Of a stretch of DNA of 64,000 nt, positions 1-12,330 are shown one piece after another. The notes under the pieces were generated by a model. It was not told the DNA's origin. It ran no database searches and saw only the letters and a program-made list of their open reading frames with translations. A program made the translations under genes and the position numbers. The stretch is from Octopus vulgaris (lineage: Eukaryota), in the NCBI GenBank assembly GCA_951406725.2, contig OX597829.1, positions 23,126,001-23,190,000 of the forward strand, in the 5' to 3' direction. Position 1 is the first letter of the stretch; the number at the start of each line of letters is the position of its first letter.

Positions 1-230
1 GTGTTACAAGTACAGCCCACCATACGACAGGCTTCCACACAGTTTCCGTCTCCTCAATTTCAAAAATCTCATGACTTGGATCGGACCCAAAGAAATAGCA
101 AAAAAAAAAAAAAGAAAAGCAAAAAAAAAAATGACATTCGGTCATTAATGGGATCGAGCCTACGACATTATGATTGCATAACATATTATTATGCATTCTG
201 GCCCAAAATACACACTCAGATATATAAGCG

Positions 231-569
<339 letters not shown>

Positions 570-1012
570 CTGGGTTATCAGATTAATTCATTGCAGATTA
601 TTATGAATTCTGTTCACAAACGCACACACACACACAAGTACATATGCACACAAGGATTTGGGTTGTCAGATTAATTCGTTCGTTTTTTTTTTTTGTTTTT
701 TTAGTTTCCGACTTTGCACTACTCCATTGTCATATGTCTTAAAAGAGGTAAAATTTATCCAAATTAAAAAAAAAAAAAACGATAGATAAAATTTGTAGAA
801 GAAGAATAACGCTACAAAAAATAATAAGAGAAGGAAAAGGAAAGAAAGAAAAACAAAAAGATAAAAAAAAAAACTACGGTAAAAATACTGGAAATAACTG
901 GAAATGTGAAGTAATTTATCTAACAATTCAATAAGTACTTGCGCGTGCGCACACACGCACTTACACACTCCACACACATTCATATAAATACGCACTCAAA
1001 ACACTTATACTT

Positions 1013-1405
1013 ATTTCTTTATTGCCCCCCAGGGGGCTAAACGCAGGGAACGAACTAGGACAGACAAAGGGATTAAGTCGACTAGATCGACTCTAGTGCG
1101 TAACTGGTACTTATTTAATAGAGGAAAGGCAAAGTCGACCTTATCAGAATTTGAACTTAGAACGTAACGGCAGACGAAATACATATTTCTTTACTACCCA
1201 CAAGGGGCTACACACAGAGACGACAATCAAGGCCAGACAAACGGATTAAGTCGATTATATCGACCCCAGTGCGTAACTGGTACTTAATTTATCGACCCCG
1301 ATCTCGGCAAAGTCTCGGCGGAATTTGAACTCAGAATGTAACAGCAGACGAAATACCCCTAAGCATTTCGCCCGGCGTGTTAACGGTTCTGCCAGCTCAC
1401 CGCCT
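1013..1405 (-). mobile_element. tRNA-headed SINE family A, composite of two A1 units
   Basis: Minus strand: A-box-like gagctggcagaaccgtt, B-box gagttcaaattcc, A1 tail agccccttgtgggtagtaaagaaata, then a second unit starting at gtatttcgtctgcc (~1181). Confidence 0.85.
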
Positions 1406-1459
1406 TTTAAAACACTTGTACTAACACACAAGCGTAGTTATACTGTCACTGGAATTAGC

Positions 1460-1612
1460 ATCCTTTCTGCTATAAACACAAGACCTGAAAAATCTGAAGT
1501 AGGGGTCCGGTCCATTACATCGACCCCCAGAACTTGCCTGGTTACTTATTTCATCGTACCCGAAAGAATGAATGGTAAAGTCAACCTCAACGGATTTTAA
1601 AGTCAGAACATA
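1460..1612 (-). mobile_element. SINE family A2, partial and diverged
   Basis: Diverged central domain and A2-type tail ttcaggtcttgtgtttatagcagaaagg on the minus strand. Confidence 0.7.
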
Positions 1613-1616
1613 AAAA

Positions 1617-1988
1617 GCGCAGGCGTGACTGTGTGGTCAGAAGTTTGCTTTCCAGCCATATGGTTCCGCGTTCAGTCCCACTGCGTGGCACCTTTGACAA
1701 GTGTCTTCTGCTATAGTCTCGGGTCGACCAAAGCGTTGTGAGTGGATTTGGTTTACGGAAACTGAAAAAAGCCCGTCGTATGTGTGTGTGTGTGTGTGTG
1801 TGTGTATGTCCCCTCCCCCCATCGGTTGACAACCGATATTGGTGTGTTTACGTGCCTGTAACTTAGTGGTTCGGCAAAAGAAACCGATAGAATAATTACT
1901 AGGCTTACAAAGGTTAAGTTCTGGGATCGACTTGTTAGACTAAAGGTGGTGCTCCAGCATGGCAGCAGTCAAATGAGTGAAACAAGTT
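1617..1988 (+). mobile_element. tRNA-headed SINE family B (CORE-like domain, internal (TG)n, CR1/L2-like tail)
   Basis: gcgcaggcgtgactgtgtggt head, ggcacctttgacaagtgtctt core-like motif, tail ggtgctccagcatggcagcagtcaaatgagtgaaacaag; many copies in the window. Confidence 0.88.
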
Positions 1989-2084
1989 TTAAAAAAAGCC
2001 GGCCGAAATGCCGCTAAGCTTTTTCCCCTCCTCCCTAGCTTGCTAACGATTCTGTCAGCTCGCCGCTTCAAGACCCTACTTAAT

Positions 2085-2478
2085 AATGTTTTTCAAATTC
2101 TGGGACAAAGCCAGCAATTTCAGTAGAGGGGTTAAGTCGATTACATCTTGTTCAACTGGTACTTATTTCATGAATCCCGAAAAGACGAGAGGCAAAATCG
2201 ACCCCGATGGCATTTGGGCTCAGACCGTAATGATGGACAAAATACCTATTTCTTTACTACCCACAAGGGGCGAAACATAGAGGGGACAAACAAGGACAGA
2301 CAAACGGATTAAGTCGATTACATCGACCCAGTACGTAACTGGTACTTAATTTATCGACCCCGAAAGGATGAAAGGCAAAGTCGACCTCGGCGGAATTTGA
2401 ACTTAGAACATAACGGCAGGCGAAATACCGCTAAGCATTTCGCCCGGCGTGCTAACGATTCTGCCAGCTCGCCGCCTC
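2085..2478 (-). mobile_element. SINE A1 joined to the remainder of an A2 copy
   Basis: Full head from 2478, A1 tail ending aaagaaata, then ggtattttgtcc and the A2 body/tail. Confidence 0.85.
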
Positions 2479-2519
2479 AGCGCACTATCTAATGTTAGTA
2501 CTAATTTAGAACAATAATT

Positions 2520-2980
2520 ATTACATGAAATATATAATCGTGTAATGATATCATATTGTAATGAAATTACTGTGTAACGATATCATACTACAATGATATT
2601 ATTGTGAAACAATGTTTCTGTGTAATGATATCATATTGCAACGATATCATTGTGTAATTATATTACTGTGTAATGATGTTATACTGCAATGATATTCTGT
2701 AATGATATTTGTGTAATGATATCATAGTGCAATGATATCATTGTGTAATGACATCATACAGTAATGTTATCATTATATAATGATATTACTGTGTAACGAT
2801 ATCATAGTGCAATGGTATAATTGTATAATGACAGTGTATAGCAATGACATTGTCTAATGATATCATTAGGTAATAACATCATTGTGTAATGATACCATTA
2901 GGTAATAACATCATAGTGTAATGATATCATTAGGTAATAACATCATATTGTAATGATACTATATTATAATGATATCATAG
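2520..2980. repeat. Degenerate minisatellite, ~16-17 bp unit (tgtaatgatatcatnnn)
   Basis: Recurring gtaatgatatcat/caatgatatcat units over ~460 bp. Confidence 0.85.
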
Positions 2981-3440
2981 AGGCGGCAAGCTTGGCAAAT
3001 CGTTACCGGGAAATATGCTTAACGGTATTTCGTCCGGCGAGCTGGCAGAAACGTTAGCACGCCTGGTGAAATGCGTAGCCGTATTTCGTCTGTCGTTACG
3101 TTCTGAGTTCAAATTTCCGCCGAGATCGACTTTGCCTTTCATCCTGTCGGAGGTCGATAAATTAAGTACCAGTTACGCATTTGGGGTCGATATAATCGAC
3201 TTAATACCTATGTCTGTCCTTGTTTGTCCCCTCTGTCTTTAGCCCCTTGTGGGTAATAAAGAAATAGAAATAGGTATTTCGTCCGCCTTTATGTTCTAAG
3301 TTTAAATTCCTCCGAGATCGACTTTGCCTTTCATCCTGTCGGAGTCGATAAAGTAAGTACCAGTTGAGCACTGGAGTCGATGTAATCGACTTGTTCCTCC
3401 ACCGGAATTACTGGCCTTGTGCCAAAACGTGAAACCAATT
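2981..3440 (+). mobile_element. A2 SINE with an A1 SINE inserted in its head (12-bp TSD)
   Basis: ggtatttcgtcc at 3024-3035 and 3273-3284 flanks a complete A1 unit (3036-3272). Confidence 0.88.
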
Positions 3441-3454
3441 ATATTACACGCCAT

Positions 3455-3560
3455 GTGTATTTGTGTGTGTGTGTGTGAGTGAGTGAGTGAGTGAGTGAGT
3501 GAGTGAGTGTGTGTGTGTGTGTGTGTGAGTGTGTGTGTGTGTGTGTGAGTGAGTGAGTGA

Positions 3561-3595
<35 letters not shown>

Positions 3596-3762
3596 TGAGT
3601 GAGTGAGTGAGTGAGTGTGTGTGTGTGTGTGAGTGAGTGAGTGAGTGAGTGAGTAAGTGTGTGTGTGTGTATGTGTGTGTGTGTGAGTGAGTGAGTGAGT
3701 GAGTGTGTGTGTGTGTGTGTGTGAGTGAGTGAGTGAGTGAGTGAGTGTGTGTGTGTGTGTGA

Positions 3763-3797
<35 letters not shown>

Positions 3798-3834
3798 TGA
3801 GTGAGTGAGTGAGTGTGTGTGTGTGAGTGAGTGA

Positions 3835-3871
<37 letters not shown>

Positions 3872-3882
3872 TGAGTGAGTGA

Positions 3883-3975
<93 letters not shown>
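3455..3975. repeat. Compound (GT)n/(GAGT)n microsatellite
   Basis: Direct sequence. Confidence 0.95.
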
Positions 3976-3976
<1 letters not shown>

Positions 3977-5056
3977 TTGTAACACTTAAACCGTTTCAAT
4001 CTGTTGAACTTGCTCTCAATTAGTTTGACTCGAGTTCTCATCACTGGTTGGAGACGTCTTATTTTCTGCTGTCCCCTTTGTCTCATAATAATGTTCAGCT
4101 AATATTTTTTTTTTTTATGTTCATAAATTCTAATGATCAAATTCTGATGATCACATTTTTAAACCTAATCAACATATAATACGCTATGCACTACCAATAT
4201 ATAAATTCAATATGCTACGCATGCTTGTATAAAAACTTATTCCACTGAATTATTCTGCTTCATATATTCCACCATGTCCTTCTGTTACGCTTTATATTCA
4301 ACTTACTGAGTGGTATAATGTATTTATTTACCTTTGGTCTATTCTTGCACTGCACGCATTTATTTCTTGATTGAAGCACAGCAAAAATCAGAAATAATTT
4401 AAAGTTACAGATCCAAAAGAATCTGAATTCAGATGACCAAGGTGTGTTGGTGTCTCCTTATGTTTATACTAGAAATAACTAACCTTCAGGATTTCTTGCA
4501 GTAAGTGTGAATAATAATAATAATTCTTATTAGGTACATTTGTAGCTATTACACGGAATATGTCAAATACGTTGTAAATACATAGCTTTTGCATAAACTA
4601 AACCTGCTGTTCTTTGAAAATCTTTAGGAAATGTATGGAACCTGTTTGTAAGATCATGTTTTCATGTGTAAATATGCGTATATTTTGGGAGTTTTGAATA
4701 AATATACATTTAAAACATTCGTGAAATTAGGCAGATCATTTATTGTAGAAATTAACATAATGTAGAATAACGAGTTAATCATTGACTACCGTATGTCGTA
4801 CATACTAAAAGTGATCAAACTTGTATAAATAGGTGATAAATATAATTCTATTATTTTCCCTGATATTTTGGCATTTGTATTTACATCCTCATACTCTCAT
4901 TAGCAACATTCATTATGTACATTTTTCAACAATTTGAACTAACTGAATATTCATACACACAAACCAAAATGTAATTGATAATCGCAAAGTTTAGTAAAAC
5001 ACCCACTCGTTATTATTGACGGCTCGGGTATTCTAAAGATATCATAATTAACAACG

Positions 5057-5915
5057 TTAACCCATTAAGTCCCAGAGTACTTAAATTTCTGAATAAGGTG
5101 GCGAGCTGGCAGAAGCGTTAGCACGCCGGGCGAAATGCTTAGCGGTATTTCGTCTGCCGCTACGTTCTGAGTTCAAATTCCGCCGAGGTCGACTTTGCCT
5201 TTCATCCTTTCGGGGTCGATTAAATAAGTACCAGTTACACATTGGGGTCGATATAATCGACTTAATCTGTTTGTCTGTCTTTGTTTGTCCCTTCTGTGTT
5301 TAGCCCCTTGTGGGTAGTAAAGAAATAAGTATTTTGTCTGTCGCTACGTTCTCAGTTCAAATTCCGCCGATGTCGACTTTGCCTTTCATCCTTTCGGGGT
5401 CGATTAAATAAGTACCAGTTACACATTGGGGTCGATATAATCGACTTAATCTGTCTGTCTGTCTTTGTTTGTCCCTTCTGTGTTTAGCCCCTTGTGGGTA
5501 GTAAAGAAATAAGTATTTTGTCTGCCGCTACGTTCTCAGTTCAAATTCCGCCGAGGTCGACTTTGCCTTTCATCCTTTCGGGGTCGATTAAATAAGTACC
5601 AGTTACACATTGAGGTCGATATAATCGACTTAATCTGTTTGTCTGTCCTTGTTTGTCCCCTCTGTGTTTAGCCCCTTGTGGGCAGTAAAGAAATAAGAGT
5701 ACTTAAATTTCTGAATATTACTTTAAAATTTTCGCAGATGATTGAAAATACGTTAAAATGAAGAAAAAAAAATCAATTATTAAAACTCCTTTACTTCAAG
5801 TAGAAATAGATATACATGGTATCCTATAAACAGGACACCGGGACAATGTGATATAGCTTATTTAATGTTTTCATTTAGTATCCTATTTATAGGACAGTGG
5901 GACTTAATGTGTTAA
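5057..5915. mobile_element. piggyBac-type MITE (TTAA-flanked) interrupted by a SINE trimer
   Basis: TTAA-cccattaagtccca ... tgggacttaatgtg-TTAA terminal inverted repeats. Confidence 0.7.
5096..5695 (+). mobile_element. SINE A1 trimer (one head plus three 184-bp units) with 22-bp TSD
   Basis: Units start at 5146, 5330, 5514; agagtacttaaatttctgaata duplicated at 5074-5095 and 5696-5717. Confidence 0.92.
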
Positions 5916-6689
5916 GACGATAACAACGCTTCACACACGAACAGATGAACTTACACTTTCAGTAGTGAAGAACAACGTTCGATTGCATAAATATCAGAGA
6001 AGACGAATCTCATGTTAGGAAACCTGCTCGTCCTTTCGATAATGAATCATTACACTCAATAATAACGTCTGCTAGGGTGATAATAACAAAGGTAATAAAT
6101 AGTCTGTGATAAATAGCAGATAGCAATTGTGGCAGAAAGCTTCTATAAACACGAATGAAATAACAATGATTTCTTTTAACAAAATTTAGAGCAACAGTAA
6201 CTTTCAATTTATTTTGGAGCAGCTCCATAACATATTCTGTTGACATCATTACCTTAGATGCGTTCTGAATCTCCCTTAGTTATATCAGTGAAGTTGCGTC
6301 TCAACACTAATAGAATTGATGGTTATATAAGAGAGGAATTGTTACTTTCGTTTATGCCTTAAGGTAGTAAACAAGGATATCTTTATTACTGGACAATAAA
6401 GGACTCTTCATGTGGAAAACACCAAGGAATTAGACCTTGCGGGACTTTTACATGTCACTCGTGTTAATGCAAACAGGAAGACGAAACGTACATCATTCTG
6501 CAATGATAATCCATGGCTCATTGCCATCTAAGTCTTTCATATTACCACACCCTGAAATCATTTTCTGTAGACTATTTAATCAAATCTGTTATGCGAAATA
6601 CACACGTCAAATGTAACAAAATATATTTGCACATCTACAGAAGAGAGACTGGAATATTTCAAGCAATAATGGTTAGATTATAATAGGCT

Positions 6690-7030
6690 AAATAAAGTTT
6701 TATGGATTGAAAAAAGCCTTGTTAAGTACAATGGATCGATTTAGAAACAGTATTCTATCGAAGGATAAGGAAAAACACTTAGAGTAGACAAAATTCCCGA
6801 GAAAATAAGAAGAGTTAAATGTGGCAAGATATTATCTTGAATTCCACCAGCCATAATGGAAAAACTGTTCTGTGTAAATGCAGAGTGTACGGATCTAATA
6901 CTACAATAAGGAAGAATGGTAGAAACCAACTGAAATACAATTTTAGTTTGAAACATCGTAAAGTTAACATGATGGGGCTCAGATATTTATCGCGTATTCA
7001 ATAACTAGAAACAACACTAAGATGATAGCA
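6690..7030 (+). pseudogene. Possible highly decayed LINE reverse-transcriptase fragment
   Basis: Frameshifted FMD*KK...RNSI...LRVDKIPEKIRRV, weakly like the RTE RT motif FxDxxKAFD...GIPxKI. Confidence 0.3.
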
Positions 7031-7460
7031 GAATGATTAACATCTCCGACATTTTTATTTCCTTGGAAGTTTTACACGCATTTAAAAAATAATAATGCTG
7101 TATTACAAAACAGACGTTGAAGAGCCGCATAGAAATAAAGACGAATTGATAATTAACAGATACAGCATGAAGATAAAATGAAAATAATTGCACTAATTAC
7201 TTCATAGATGAACCGTAAAAAAAAAAAAAAATAACAAAAAAATCCCATTAGCCTCAAATACAAATGGGATTTGTATCAATATCTGCATGTTGAATCTAGG
7301 AAAAACAGAATAGGAAGCGAATATCAGAATGTTGCATTTGTAAGTACAAAGCAATTACAGAGTGGAACATGCGGAGGAATCGTGACTAGAATGTGATTGG
7401 TGCGAACAAAATTTTGACACCAAATAATAAATGTTTAAGTGAAGTTGACAGGTTTCGCGC

Positions 7461-7491
<31 letters not shown>

Positions 7492-7779
7492 TGTGTTTTA
7501 ATGGTTAATCGTTTTAATTTCAATGTATATTCGCAGATCAAATAATTTGTTAGTCAAGTACATCACCGAAATATGTATAATTGTATATATGTATAACCAG
7601 CAATTTTCTAGAAAAGTTTGAGCTTCTATTTTTTCTTCAATAATCACTACCAATGAGGTGCCAGTCCGTTGGTTTCCTCATTCCTGTTGCTCAACAGTAC
7701 CCCAGTCTCTCTTTCTCATCCATTAGAATCTTGTTGCACTTAACATCAGCAAAGATTTCAACCGTGTTTCGTACAAGAA

Positions 7780-8157
7780 GGTCCAAATTGAGTTACCCAT
7801 GTATAGAATCTGATTTGTCGACCCCACTCCATTACAGATATGCGTTGACAGAAGCTTGTCTCATTCTCTAAACTCTGTTGTAGCCCCGAACTTCGGTGAT
7901 TCCTCACAAACACACTTTTCTGAACATCGATGAGATTTTCTGTCACACTTTGATTTGTCCACATAACTCTGTAAAGAACATAGGGCCAGTTTTCTGGGTT
8001 TTTTAGAGTATGTATTCCTCCGTAGATGGGACGCCGGTCCGTCGTCGTGCAACATGAAATGAAGCGTTTTGCTCAAGGATACAACGCAACGTCCGGTCCA
8101 GGAATCGAAACCACAATCTTACGATCATGAGTCCAACCACTAAGCCATGCGCCTCCA
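7780..8157 (-). mobile_element. tRNA-headed SINE family E
   Basis: Head gaggcgcatggcttagtggt...gtttcgattcc; body homologous to 59990-60690. Confidence 0.75.
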
Positions 8158-8389
8158 CATCTATCACACTTTATGTGATACATATCCATACGCATTCTGC
8201 CATTTTTGATCCCATACATGGAGACAAACTGAACCACCCGTACAAGTTTAGAACTTCCTTAATTGACAGTGAGCTGAAAAATATTCTTCAATTGCATCTA
8301 AGATTCTTCGTGACAACTTGGCCAACTTCGTAAGTTTCAAAGAAACAATCATTTTAACACATCAAAGAAACAGACTAGTACCATTATCA

Positions 8390-8580
8390 TTCTCCTCTCC
8401 TCTCTCTCTCTCTCTTTCTCTGTCTGTCTGCCTGTCTCTATCTCTGTCTGTCTCTCTCACTTTCTCTGTGTGTCTGTCTCTGTCTTTGTCACTCTCTCTC
8501 TCTCTCTGTCTGTCTGTTTACCTGTGTCTGTCTGTCTGTCCCTCCCTCTCTCTCTCTTCTCTATGTCTGTGTGTGTATGT

Positions 8581-8620
<40 letters not shown>
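8390..8620. repeat. (CT)n/(CTGT)n microsatellite
   Basis: Direct sequence. Confidence 0.93.
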
Positions 8621-8622
<2 letters not shown>

Positions 8623-8661
8623 GCTCAATACAATACAGTATTCATTACACACAATACAATA

Positions 8662-9334
8662 CTGGTTTTAAACATTGTCACAAGGCCAGCAATTTTCAGG
8701 AGAGGGAATAAATCGATTACACCGACCCCAGTGTTCCACTGGTACTTACTTTATCGATCCCGAAAGGATGAAAAGCAAAATCAACCTCAGCAGAATTTGA
8801 ACTCAGAACGTAAAGACGGACGAAATGCTGCTAAGCATTTCTTCCGGCATGCTAACGATTTTGCCAGCTCACCACCTTAACAGTAATAATCCGCTCTACA
8901 ATAGGCACAAGGTCTGAAATTTGGGGGAGGGGGAAAGTCGATTACATCGACCACAAGTGCTCAACTGGTAATTATTTTATCGACCCTGAAGGGATGAAAG
9001 ACAAAGACGACCTCGGCGGAATTTGAATTCAGAACGTAAAGCCGGACGAAATACCGCTAAGCATTTCGTCCGGTATGCTAACGATTCAGCCAGCTCATCA
9101 CCTTAATAATAATAATGATAATCGTTTCAAATTTTGCCATAAGGGCAGCAGTTTGGGGGGAGGAGATGAGTCGATTACATCGACCACCAGGGTTTAAATG
9201 GTATTTATTTTATGGACCCCGAAAGGATGAAAGGTAAAGTCGACCTCAGCGGAATTTGAAATCAGAACATAGAGACGGGTGAAGTACAGCAAAGCATTTT
9301 GGCCGCGTGCTAACGATTCTGCCACCTCACCACC

Positions 9335-9338
<4 letters not shown>
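8662..9338 (-). mobile_element. Three head-to-tail SINE A2 copies separated by short TAA runs
   Basis: Three diverged copies with heads ending near 8878, 9104 and 9337, with tails like ggccttgtgacaatgtttaaaacc. Confidence 0.85.

Positions 9339-9417
<79 letters not shown>
9338..9417. repeat. (TAA)n microsatellite
   Basis: Direct sequence. Confidence 0.97.
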
Positions 9418-9418
<1 letters not shown>

Positions 9419-9862
9419 TGGTATAAAAGATGGGCTACAGCAAATATTCAGCTCAATACCACAGATTTGCTTGTCAGTTGTTTGACCTTAACCAGTTGAC
9501 CATGTCCTTAGTGGCTGACGATATGTGCATCTCTGATCATGAACAGAAGTAGTGGGGGAGCATTATATTCTTGTGTTGAGAGGAATTCTTTGGAGTTTGA
9601 ATAATTCACCTCTGGGAGCATGGGTGTATCTTTCAACATCCTTAAACAACCCTTATTTAAGAACAGTTTGATCGGGATGGGCTATTCGACCTGAAGAAAA
9701 TTCTAACTGGGCCCCGCCTGCAAGGTCATGCGCTGTTTATCTTGATATGAGATCACCATGTTGCACACATATGGTTGTGATGCATGTGCCTGGTGTACTC
9801 TTATCAGACGGGTAGTCATGTTGGGTATACTGGGCTTCGTATATTTTACCCCAGTGTCACTC
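9418..9862 (+). mobile_element. (TAA)n-anchored ~450-bp interspersed repeat (element C), possibly an R4/Dong-dependent non-autonomous element or UTR
   Basis: Inverted homologous copy at 19631-20093; both abut TAA runs. Confidence 0.7.
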
Positions 9863-9879
9863 AATAATAATAATGATAA

Positions 9880-11463
9880 TGATGAATAGCGTCAGCCTTG
9901 ACAGCGGCTGGACGTGTTCTTCGCTGATCTGACCAGTCACCAGCTGAAGACACAGAAACACTAACAGAAACACTAATGCAAAAATACACAGAACCATGAT
10001 AGGTTGCTCGATGAGAGACATACAGATGGTTTGGAAGAAGACAAAAAGCTAATGGTAACATGACAGATAAGCAAACGGATATCTACGACAGAATAAAAGC
10101 AATACTTCAGGAGAATGATAGCGACATTATTTGTAGCCTCAACAATGTGGAAATTTAACCAAGGAACGAAAAACGTGAATGAAATTCTAAAATACATCAG
10201 AACAAAAAACATCATAGAAACAAATAATTTGATCAAGTCAGCAAGTATTGTTGTAGCAGACAATGTGGGTGTTGATGCCAAGAAAATAGAATTATAATGG
10301 GAGTGACAAAAGAAAAGATCCATGGTGGAAAAAAAGAATGCAGGCAGGTTTAGATATGCTCTCGAATGACATTTCTGTGTTAAACCAAAAAGAAAAGAGG
10401 GAGGTTAAAAGCGAACAAAAACACAGGGCACTGAACAGGAAGTTTGATATTGAAAGAAAGGAGCTGAAAGCGGTAATGGGGGAACTGAAATAGTGCCTTG
10501 TTGCTAAAAAAGCAAAGATGGTAAGATACGAACAAAGAATGAAGGGATACTATCAGAAGAGGTTATTCAGTGTAGATCAGAAGAGATTCTACAAAGAAAT
10601 AAACAGTGTACAGATGAAAAGTTGATACCAGATAACATTGAAAGTCAAAGGTTTTGGAGTGACATCTGGAGCAAAGACAAGGAGCACAAGAAGTAGGCTG
10701 AATGGCTGCAAGAACTGAAACAAACAGTAGTTTATCCAAAACGGGCAGAACTAGTCATTTCAGTTAGGGAAGTGAAGGAAATCAGCAAAAAAAAATGGGC
10801 AACTAGAAGGCCCCGGGACCAGATGGAGTCCAAGGCTACTGGATCAAAAGATTTGGTGAATGTCATGCGCGAATAGTTGTACAATTCAACACCTTGTTAA
10901 ATGCCAGCCAAGTAACACCAGAGTAGTTGACAATGCGTAGGACAGTGCAGTGCTTGAAAAACATCGAAAAAGGCAATACGGTAGAAACTTACAGGCCGAT
11001 ATCCTGATTGCCACTTATGTGGAAATTATTGACTCCTTGTAGACAAAACTGTACTTAGAGATTGCAAGAGGAGGAAAACTGACTTAGCCATGTCATGGAT
11101 CGATTATGGTAAGGCGTACGATATAATCCTATTTGATATTGCATCGAATGTTGGGTGATTGTTTGGAAGAAGTATGGCGAAGTGGAGGACGGAATTGACA
11201 GCATATGGAAGAAGTTTAGGGACAATAGAAATCAGGAGAGCTATCTTCAAAGGGGACTGCCTGTCCCCACTGATCTTTGTACTGTGTATGATACCACTAA
11301 TACTGATTCTGAGGAAAGCAAAGGCTGGGTATGTATTCAAAAGCCACCAACAAAAAGTCAACCACTTGTTATTCATGGATGACATCAAACTTTAAGATAA
11401 TAATAAATCCCAAGTCAGTTCCCTCGTTGATACGGTGTATACTTTCAGTGCTGATATCAGAAT
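9880..11463 (+). pseudogene. R4/Dong-clade LINE ORF fragment (RT N-terminal half), inactivated
   Basis: KAPGPDGVQGYWIKRF (~10807), YRPIS*LPLMWKLL, LAMSWIDYGKAYD, IFKGDCLSPLIFVLCMIPL, HLLFMDDIKL; stops and frameshifts. Confidence 0.88.
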
Positions 11464-11757
11464 GTCTTCTATAGCCTCGGGCCGACCAAAGCCTTGTGAG
11501 TGGATTTGGTTGCCGGAAACTGAAAGAAGCCCATCGTATATGTGTGTGTGTGTGTGTGTGTGTGTCCGTGTCCTCCTACTCGATTTTGGCGTGTTTACGT
11601 CCCCGTCACGTAGCGGTTCGGCAAAAGATACCGATAAAATAAGTACTTTGTAGGCTAACAAAGAATAAGACCCTGGGTCGATTTGCTCGACTAAAGGCGG
11701 TGCTCCAGCATGGCCGCAGTCAAATGACTGAAACAAGTAAAAGAGTAAAAGAGAGAG
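11463..11757 (+). mobile_element. SINE B, 5'-truncated
   Basis: Body and tail ...gactgaaacaagtaaaagagtaaaagag. Confidence 0.88.
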
Positions 11758-11840
11758 TATATGTGTGTGTGTGTGTGTGTGTATGTATATTTGATAAGTG
11801 CGTTAGCACGGAGTCAAAGCATTTGATTCTGATATCATGC

Positions 11841-11871
<31 letters not shown>

Positions 11872-12024
11872 CACGTATAGATCAGTACCGGTGTGCTACA
11901 GTGTAACATGATTATATAATTTTTTTCCGTATGCTTTCGGTTAAATTTTTAGTTCAGGTTTGCAGCCAAATTTTGAAAGGAATATGTGTGCCATAAGTGA
12001 AAAAAGGTTGCAGAGCACTGGAAT

Positions 12025-12078
12025 AGATAGATAGAAAGACACACAGACAGACAGACAGACACACAGACACACAGACAC

Positions 12079-12163
<85 letters not shown>

Positions 12164-12168
12164 CAGAC

Positions 12169-12226
<58 letters not shown>

Positions 12227-12240
12227 AGATAGATAGATAT

Positions 12241-12277
<37 letters not shown>

Positions 12278-12330
12278 CAGATAGTCAGACAGACAGATAG
12301 ACAGACAGACAGACAGATAGATAGATAGAT
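12025..12330. repeat. (GACA)n/(GATA)n/(TA)n/(GA)n compound microsatellite
   Basis: Direct sequence. Confidence 0.95.

Noticed and set aside
5146-5695. Regular repeats as a CRISPR-like array
   Set aside because: Units are contiguous SINE bodies with no unique spacers; eukaryotic context, no cas genes.
6819-7004. IS1 InsA-like zinc-ribbon peptide (CRVYGSNTTIRKNGR)
   Set aside because: Lacks the required cysteines; better explained as chance or decayed LINE sequence.
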